Notes under the pieces: model-generated | What the model was told of the DNA's origin: nothing | Seen by the model: the letters and a program-made list of their open reading frames with translations, nothing else | The model's database searches: none | Shown: positions 33,387 through 39,132 of the stretch, piece after piece | Layout: each line of letters begins with the position of its first letter | Position numbering within the stretch: the first letter of the stretch is position 1 | Position numbers and translations under genes: made by a program | NCBI GenBank assembly: GCA_012730075.1 | Contig: JAAYBP010000354.1 | Location: forward strand, 1-39,132 | DNA from: Acidimicrobiales bacterium | GTDB lineage: Bacteria > Actinomycetota > Acidimicrobiia > Acidimicrobiales > Iamiaceae | Length of the DNA: 39,132 nucleotides | Direction of reading: 5' to 3'

Positions 33387-34748
33387 GTGACGCCCGGGTT
33401 GGCGCCGGCCGCGCTCGCCGCCCTGGTCGACGCGGTCGGCGCCGACCACGTGCTCACCGATGCCGAGGTCACCGCCGGCCACGTGGTCGACTGGACGGGC
33501 CGCTTCCGCGGCGCCACGCCAGCCGTCGTGCGGCCGCGGACCCACGACGAGGTGGCCGCGGTGGTCGCGGTGGCTCGGGCCCATCAGCTCGCGATCGTCC
33601 CGCAGGGCGGCAACACCGGTCTCGTCGGCGGCTCGGTGCCCCTGGCCGGCGAGGTGGTGCTCTCGACCGCACGCCTGGCCGGGGTGCTCGCCGTCGACGC
33701 CGCGTCCGGCCACCTCACCGCCGGGGCGGGCACGCCGCTGGCGCGCGTGCAGGACGCGGCCCGCGCCGCCGGCTGGGCGTACGGCGTCGACCTGGCCGCG
33801 CGCGACTCGGCCACGATCGGGGGCAACGTGGCCACCAACGCCGGGGGCCTCCGGGTGGTCGCCCACGGTCCGACCCGCGCCCAGCTCGTCGGCGTGGCGG
33901 CGGTCCTCGGCACCGGTGCGACCGTCGACGACCTCGGTCGCCTGGAGAAGGACGTGACCGGCTACGACCTGTCGGGCCTGCTGTGCGGCAGCGAGGGCAC
34001 CCTCGGTGTGATCACCGCGGTGCGCCTGCGCCTCGTCCCGGCCCGCCCCGAACGCGTCGTGGTCGCCCTGGGCTTCGGGTCGATGGCGGGCGCCGTCGAG
34101 GCGGTGGGCCGGTTGCGGCGGGCGCTGCCGGACCTGGAGGCGGCCGAGGCGTACGGTGCCGCCGAGGCGGAGCTGGTCGCCGGTCACCTCGGCTCGGTGC
34201 CGGTGGTCGACGCCCCGGTGACGGTCGTCGTCGAGGTGGCGGCGAGCACGGATCCGACCGACGGGGTCGCCGAGGCGGTCGGCGCGCTCGACGGCGTGCT
34301 GGAGGTCCACGTCGCCGCCGACGGGCCGCGGCGGGCCGCGCTGTGGCGGCCCCGCGAGACCATCACCGAGGCGATCGCCACGGTCGGTCCGCACCACAAG
34401 CTCGACGTGTCGCTGCCCGCCGACGAGCTGGGCGACTTCGCCGTCGAGGTCGAGCGGCGCGTCGGCGAGGCCGTGCCCGGCGCCCGGACGTGGATCTTCG
34501 GCCACCTGGGTGACGGCAACCTGCACGTGAACGTCACCGGGGTCGAGCCCGACGACGCGACGGTCGACGACGTCGTGCTCGGGCTGGTCCTCGAGCGGAG
34601 GGGCAGCATCAGCGCCGAGCACGGCATCGGCACCGCGAAGCGGGCGTGGCTCGGTCGCCAACGGGGCGACGACGCGCTGGCGACGATGCGGGCGATCCGG
34701 GCCGCCTGCGACCCCGACGGCATCCTCAACCCCGCCGTGCTGCTCTGA
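33387..34748 (+). CDS. FAD-binding oxidoreductase (D-2-hydroxyacid dehydrogenase/GlcD-like)
   Basis: 'PQGGNTGLVGGSVP', 'IGGNVATNAGG', 'GSEGTLGVIT', 'FGHLGDGNLH', 'SISAEHGIG', 'DPDGILNP'. Confidence 0.93.
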   Translation: MTPGLAPAALAALVDAVGADHVLTDAEVTAGHVVDWTGRFRGATPAVVRPRTHDEVAAVVAVARAHQLAIVPQGGNTGLVGGSVPLAGEVVLSTARLAGVLAVDAASGHLTAGAGTPLARVQDAARAAGWAYGVDLAARDSATIGGNVATNAGGLRVVAHGPTRAQLVGVAAVLGTGATVDDLGRLEKDVTGYDLSGLLCGSEGTLGVITAVRLRLVPARPERVVVALGFGSMAGAVEAVGRLRRALPDLEAAEAYGAAEAELVAGHLGSVPVVDAPVTVVVEVAASTDPTDGVAEAVGALDGVLEVHVAADGPRRAALWRPRETITEAIATVGPHHKLDVSLPADELGDFAVEVERRVGEAVPGARTWIFGHLGDGNLHVNVTGVEPDDATVDDVVLGLVLERRGSISAEHGIGTAKRAWLGRQRGDDALATMRAIRAACDPDGILNPAVLL

Positions 34749-34804
34749 CCCGACGAACCAGCGCGTACGCTCTCGTCCAGCCCTACCCCCGGGGTCCTCC
34801 TCCG

Positions 34805-35893
34805 ATGACCACCCTCGTCCTCGTGCTCACGGCCGTCGCGTGCGGCGTCGCCACCCTGGTGTGGGCCCGTTCGGCCCGCCGCCTCGGTCGGGTCTACCGG
34901 CGGGTCGCGGCCGAGCGGGGGATCACGTCCGACGCGGCGGTCCTCGCCCGGTCGGCGTTCCGCAAGGACGTCCACACCACGACCCTGTACGCGGTGCTGT
35001 GCGTCGCGGTCGGGGCGCTGGCGGTGTCGACCGGCGCCGTCGACGGTGGGCCGGAGCTGCTGTTCGGGCTCATCCTCGTGCCCGTCGTGGTCTCGGTGCT
35101 GTCCGCTCGCGACTTCGTCCGCGAGTCGCGCCTGGCCGACGACCGCTACGACATCGAGCGGCGCGCCGAGGAGGTGCTCGACCAGGACCGCCTCGCCCCG
35201 CAGCGCTGGGCGGCCCGGCTCGCCCCCGAGTCGCTGCCGACGCTGCCCGGCTTCGAGGTCGGCAAGGTCTACAAGGCGGGTAGCGGCGTGATGGCGGGCG
35301 ACTTCTTCGACGTCTACGACCTCGGCCGCGGGCGGGTCGCGGCGGCGATCGGCGACGTGACCGGCCACGGCATCGAGCCCTCGATCACCGCCCTCCAGGC
35401 CAAGTACCTGCTCCGCGTGCTGCTCCAGCAGTACCGCGACCCGGGCCAGGTCTTCGAGGAGCTGAACGACCGCATGTCGGCACTGGAGCGCCTCGAGGAG
35501 TTCGTGTCGTGCTTCGTCGTCGTGTTCGACACCGAGGCGGGCACGTTGCGCTGGGCGTCGGCCGGACACCCGACCGCGTGGTGCTGGCACGACCGCGAGG
35601 TGCAGCCGCTCGGCCAGACCGGCCCCCTGCTGATGCTCGACCCCCACGGCGCCTTCACCAGCCGGGAGATCCCCTTCGACCCCGGCGACCTGGTTCTGAT
35701 GTACACCGACGGTCTGGCCGAGGCCCGCTCGGGCGACGACCTCTTCGGCGAGGAGCGCATCGGCAACATGCTCCGGCGCGACCCCGGCGCCGCGCCCGAC
35801 GTGCTCTGCAAGTCGCTCCTGGAGGCGGCCAAGGACTTCGCCTCCTCGCCCCTCACCGACGACACCGCCATCCTCGCCCTCCGCCGCGTCTGA
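34805..35893 (+). CDS. Membrane-anchored PP2C/SpoIIE-type (RsbU-like) phosphatase
   Basis: About 3 N-terminal TM helices, 'AGDFFD', 'IGDVTGHG', 'SAGHP', 'YTDGLAEA', 'DDTAIL'. Confidence 0.92.
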   Translation: MTTLVLVLTAVACGVATLVWARSARRLGRVYRRVAAERGITSDAAVLARSAFRKDVHTTTLYAVLCVAVGALAVSTGAVDGGPELLFGLILVPVVVSVLSARDFVRESRLADDRYDIERRAEEVLDQDRLAPQRWAARLAPESLPTLPGFEVGKVYKAGSGVMAGDFFDVYDLGRGRVAAAIGDVTGHGIEPSITALQAKYLLRVLLQQYRDPGQVFEELNDRMSALERLEEFVSCFVVVFDTEAGTLRWASAGHPTAWCWHDREVQPLGQTGPLLMLDPHGAFTSREIPFDPGDLVLMYTDGLAEARSGDDLFGEERIGNMLRRDPGAAPDVLCKSLLEAAKDFASSPLTDDTAILALRRV

Positions 35894-35946
35894 CCGACGC
35901 CGCGGTCGTCGTCGGCGGACGACCGCTTTCTCCTAGGGTCGCGGGC

Positions 35947-37524
35947 GTGTCCGATGCCTTCGCACCGGGGGCCGGGTCCCCCGACGACGCCACGACCGAC
36001 GACGCGGCCGCCCGACTCGCGGCGGCCGCCGATCGGGCCCTCGCGGGCAACCTGGCCAAGGTCGGCGACAAGCTCGCCCGGCAGGGGAAGCTGTTCGTCC
36101 GCGACCGCCTCGACCTCCTCCTCGACCCCGGGTCGTTCGTCGAGGACGCCCTCCTCGCCAACGCGGCCGGGGTCGACCTCCCCGCCGACGGCGTCGTCAC
36201 CGGCACCGGCCGCATCGACGGTCGGGCGGTGGTGGTCGTCGCCAACGACCCGACGGTCAAGGCCGGATCGTGGGGCGCGCGGACCGTCGAGAAGATGATC
36301 CGCGCCACCGAGACGGCCCTGCGCCAGGAACTGCCGATCTTCTGGCTGGTCGACTCGGCCGGGGCGCGCATCACCGATCAGGTGCAGCTCTTCCCCGGGC
36401 GGCGCGGGGCGGGCCGCATCTTCTACAACCAGATCAAGCTGTCGGGCCGGGTGCCGCAGATCTGCTGCCTGTTCGGACCCTCGGCCGCCGGCGGCGCGTA
36501 CATCCCGAGCTTCTGCGACATCGTGATCATGGTCGAGGGCAACGCCTCGATGTACCTGGGCTCGCCGCGCATGGCCGAGATGGTGATCGGCGAGGTGGCG
36601 ACCCTCGAGGAGACCGGAGGCGCCCGCATGCACGCCACCGTGTCGGGTTGCGGCGACAACCTCGCGGTCGACGACGCCGACGCCATCGAGCAGGCCAAGG
36701 CCTGGTTCTCGTACTTCCCGGACTCGTGGCGCGACGAACCTCCCCGCTATCAGCCCCGGCCGCCGGCGCGACCGCTGGTCACCGGCGACGTCCCCGACGA
36801 CGACAAGGCCGGCTACGACGTCCACACCGTCATCGACGGGCTGCTCGACGACGAGAGCTTCTTCGAGCTGAAGCCGCTGTTCGCCCCGGAGCTGGTCGTC
36901 GGCCTGGGCCTCCTCGACGGTCGGCCCGTCGGCGTCGTCGCCAACAACCCCGCGCAGAAGGGCGGCGTGCTGTTCGTCGACTCGGCCGACAAGGCGGCCC
37001 GGTTCGTGTGGTGCTGCGACGCGTTCAACGTGCCGCTGGTCTTCCTCACCGACGTACCGGGCTTCATGATCGGCACCCAGGTCGAGGCCCAGGGCATCAT
37101 CCGCCACGGCGCCAAGATGGTCACCGCCATCTCCGAGGCCACCGTGCCCAAGGTGTGCGTCGTGCTCCGCAAGGCCTACGGCGCCGGCCTCTACGCCATG
37201 TCGGGTCCCGCCTTCGAGCCGGAGGCCACCGTGGCCCTGCCGACGGCGAAGATCGCGGTGATGGGCCCCGAGGCGGCGGTCAACGCCGTGTTCGCCAACA
37301 AGATCGCGGCGATCGACGACCCCGACGAGCGGGAGCGGTTCGTCGCCGAGCAGCGGGGCATCTACGAGGCCGACGTCGACCTCCTGCGCCTCGCGTCGGA
37401 GATGGTCGTCGACGCGGTGATCGAGCCCGAGGCGCTCCGCGACGACCTCATCCGCCGCCTGGAGCGGGCCGAGGGCAAGGACCGCCGCTTCTCCGACCGC
37501 CGCCACGGCGTCCCCCCGGTGTGA
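35947..37524 (+). CDS. Acyl-CoA carboxylase carboxyltransferase (beta) subunit, methylcrotonyl-CoA carboxylase-like
   Basis: GTG at 35947 follows TAGGGT. 'RDRLDLLLDPGSF', 'DGVVTG', 'DSAGARI', 'GGAYIP', 'DVPGFMIG', 'RKAYGAG', 'HGVPPV'. Confidence 0.93.
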   Translation: MSDAFAPGAGSPDDATTDDAAARLAAAADRALAGNLAKVGDKLARQGKLFVRDRLDLLLDPGSFVEDALLANAAGVDLPADGVVTGTGRIDGRAVVVVANDPTVKAGSWGARTVEKMIRATETALRQELPIFWLVDSAGARITDQVQLFPGRRGAGRIFYNQIKLSGRVPQICCLFGPSAAGGAYIPSFCDIVIMVEGNASMYLGSPRMAEMVIGEVATLEETGGARMHATVSGCGDNLAVDDADAIEQAKAWFSYFPDSWRDEPPRYQPRPPARPLVTGDVPDDDKAGYDVHTVIDGLLDDESFFELKPLFAPELVVGLGLLDGRPVGVVANNPAQKGGVLFVDSADKAARFVWCCDAFNVPLVFLTDVPGFMIGTQVEAQGIIRHGAKMVTAISEATVPKVCVVLRKAYGAGLYAMSGPAFEPEATVALPTAKIAVMGPEAAVNAVFANKIAAIDDPDERERFVAEQRGIYEADVDLLRLASEMVVDAVIEPEALRDDLIRRLERAEGKDRRFSDRRHGVPPV

Positions 37525-38432
37525 GCATCCCGTCGTCGGTCGTCATCCGCGACGTCGGGCCGCGCGACGGGCTCCAGCCGGAGGCGCCGGTGCCGGTCGC
37601 CGACCGAGTGCGTCTGGTCGAGGCGCTGGTCGACGCCGGGGTCCGCCACGTCGAGGTCGCCGCCTTCGTATCGCCCCGGGCGGTCCCCGCGATGGCCGGG
37701 GCGGCCGAGGTCGTCGCCGCGATCGACCGCCGGCCCGAGGTGACCTACGCCGCCCTCGTCCCCAACGTGAAGGGGGCCGAGCTGGCCCTCGCCGCGGGCG
37801 TCGACGAGATCACCGTCACCGTCTCGGCCTCGGCGACCTACAACGAGCGCAACGTCCGCATGTCGATCGACGAGTCGGTCGTGGTCATCGGCGAGGTCGC
37901 CGCCCTCGCCGGAGCCACGCGCGTAGACGCCGTCGTCTCGTGCGCCTTCGGGTCGCCCTACGAGCCCGAGCTCGGCCCCGGCGACGCGGTGGCGCTGGGG
38001 GAGCGGGTGTCGGCCGCCGGCGCGAGCCGGGTGACCTACGCCGACACCACCGGAATGGCCACGCCGCGCCTGGTCGGGCAGCTGCTCGACGCGGCCGGTG
38101 CGGGCACGACGGCCGCCGACCTCGGCCTCCACCTGCACGACACGCGCGGCACCGCGCTGCTCAACGCGTGGGTCGCGATCGAGCGCGGCGTCACCCGGTT
38201 CGACACCGCCGTCGGTGGCCTCGGCGGCTCGCCGTTCGCCCACGGCGCCGGCGGCAACCTGGCCACCGAGGCGCTGGTCGCGGTCCTCGACGACGCCGGC
38301 ATCGCCACCGGCATCGACGTCGAGCGGCTCGTGCTCGCCGCGGCCCTCGTCGAGGAACTGGTCGGGCGCCCGGTGCCGAGCGGCGTCGCCCACGCCGGCC
38401 CCCGCACCCGCCGCACCCCCACCTCCTCCTGA
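37521..38432 (+). CDS. hmgL: Hydroxymethylglutaryl-CoA lyase
   Basis: GTG at 37521 in a GTGA overlap. 'DVGPRDGLQ', 'FVSPRAVP', 'ADTTG', 'LHLHDTRG', 'GLGGSPFA..AGGNLATE'. Confidence 0.92.
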   Translation: MSIPSSVVIRDVGPRDGLQPEAPVPVADRVRLVEALVDAGVRHVEVAAFVSPRAVPAMAGAAEVVAAIDRRPEVTYAALVPNVKGAELALAAGVDEITVTVSASATYNERNVRMSIDESVVVIGEVAALAGATRVDAVVSCAFGSPYEPELGPGDAVALGERVSAAGASRVTYADTTGMATPRLVGQLLDAAGAGTTAADLGLHLHDTRGTALLNAWVAIERGVTRFDTAVGGLGGSPFAHGAGGNLATEALVAVLDDAGIATGIDVERLVLAAALVEELVGRPVPSGVAHAGPRTRRTPTSS

Positions 38433-38466
38433 CGCCGCCCCTTCCCGGCCCGGGTAGCGTCCCGCG

Positions 38467-39132
38467 ATGGACGAGAGCGCGGCCGGGGTGGTCGCCGGTA
38501 CCTGGTGGTGGGACGACGACGGGGTCACCCGCGCCGAGGTGTGGCTCGAGCTGCGCGACGGGGCGATCTCGGGTTCGACCGGCGTCAACCGCCTCCGGGG
38601 CACCTACGCCGGGGATCCGCCGACGGTCGTCGGTGCGGTGGCCACGACGATGCGGGCCGGACCGGAGCCCGCGATGGACGTGGAGCGGCGGGTGCTCTCG
38701 ACGCTGGGTGACGGGGCGCCGCTGTCCGTCGACCACGACCGGCTGGTGCTCGGTACCGGGACGGCGATGCTCACCTTCGTCCGGGTCGATCCCCACCCCG
38801 ACGGCGACTGGACCGTCACCGCGGTGCACCGGCCCGAGCGGCAGGCGGTGGTGTCCGACGGCCGACCGCAGCGGGTCCTGATCGCCGGGTCCCACGTGGC
38901 GGTCTCGACGCCGAGCGGCTCGACCGACGGATCGGTGGCCCTCGGCGGCGCCGGACGGCACTCGATGGCCGTGTCGACCGGAGCGCTCCCCGTGGGCGCC
39001 GATCCCGCCGACGTCGCCCTGGTCGACGCGCTGGGTCGGGTGCGGAGCTGGTCGCTCGACGGTCCGGTGCTCCACCTGAACCGCGACGACGGTGGCATCG
39101 CCGTGACCCTCGCCCGCGACCCGGGCCCCGCC
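38467..39132 (+). CDS. META (HslJ-like) domain protein, running off the window end
   Basis: Not in the ORF track because it has no stop in the window. ATG at 38467 follows TAGCGT. It translates as MDESAAGVVAGTWWW...ISGSTGVNRLRGTY...VATTMRAGPEPAMDVERRVL, followed by a second degenerate META-like unit. Confidence 0.78.
   Translation, partial: MDESAAGVVAGTWWWDDDGVTRAEVWLELRDGAISGSTGVNRLRGTYAGDPPTVVGAVATTMRAGPEPAMDVERRVLSTLGDGAPLSVDHDRLVLGTGTAMLTFVRVDPHPDGDWTVTAVHRPERQAVVSDGRPQRVLIAGSHVAVSTPSGSTDGSVALGGAGRHSMAVSTGALPVGADPADVALVDALGRVRSWSLDGPVLHLNRDDGGIAVTLARDPGPA

Overview
A very GC-rich, gene-dense bacterial window that looks actinobacterial (possibly Acidimicrobiia, which is an impression from gene content). 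It holds about 33 CDSs and no rRNA, tRNA, CRISPR array or transposase. The left ~21 kb is a cell-envelope glycan synthesis and decoration locus. It contains a translationally coupled six-gene operon (small partner, GMC oxidoreductase, membrane-embedded 'spermidine synthase-like' methyltransferase, two extended SDRs and a polytopic GT-C-like protein), a degenerate EAL protein, a Ppm1-like GT2, a flavoprotein resembling eukaryote-type UDP-galactopyranose mutase, an AT3 acyltransferase, three more GT-C-like proteins (one fused to a decayed AT3 domain) and a sulfotransferase. The right half holds an acyl-CoA synthetase, a cyclophilin, a TetR, an oppABCDF-type ABC operon whose second ATPase carries a hydrophobic hairpin insertion, a TPR protein, a lytic transglycosylase, acyl-CoA catabolic genes, a PP2C phosphatase and a truncated META-domain gene. 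A 36-bp palindromic REP-like element occurs three times, and many genes appear to be leaderless. Most long ORFs in the supplied track are GC-rich shadow frames; true starts were re-called from overlaps, RBSs and -10 boxes.
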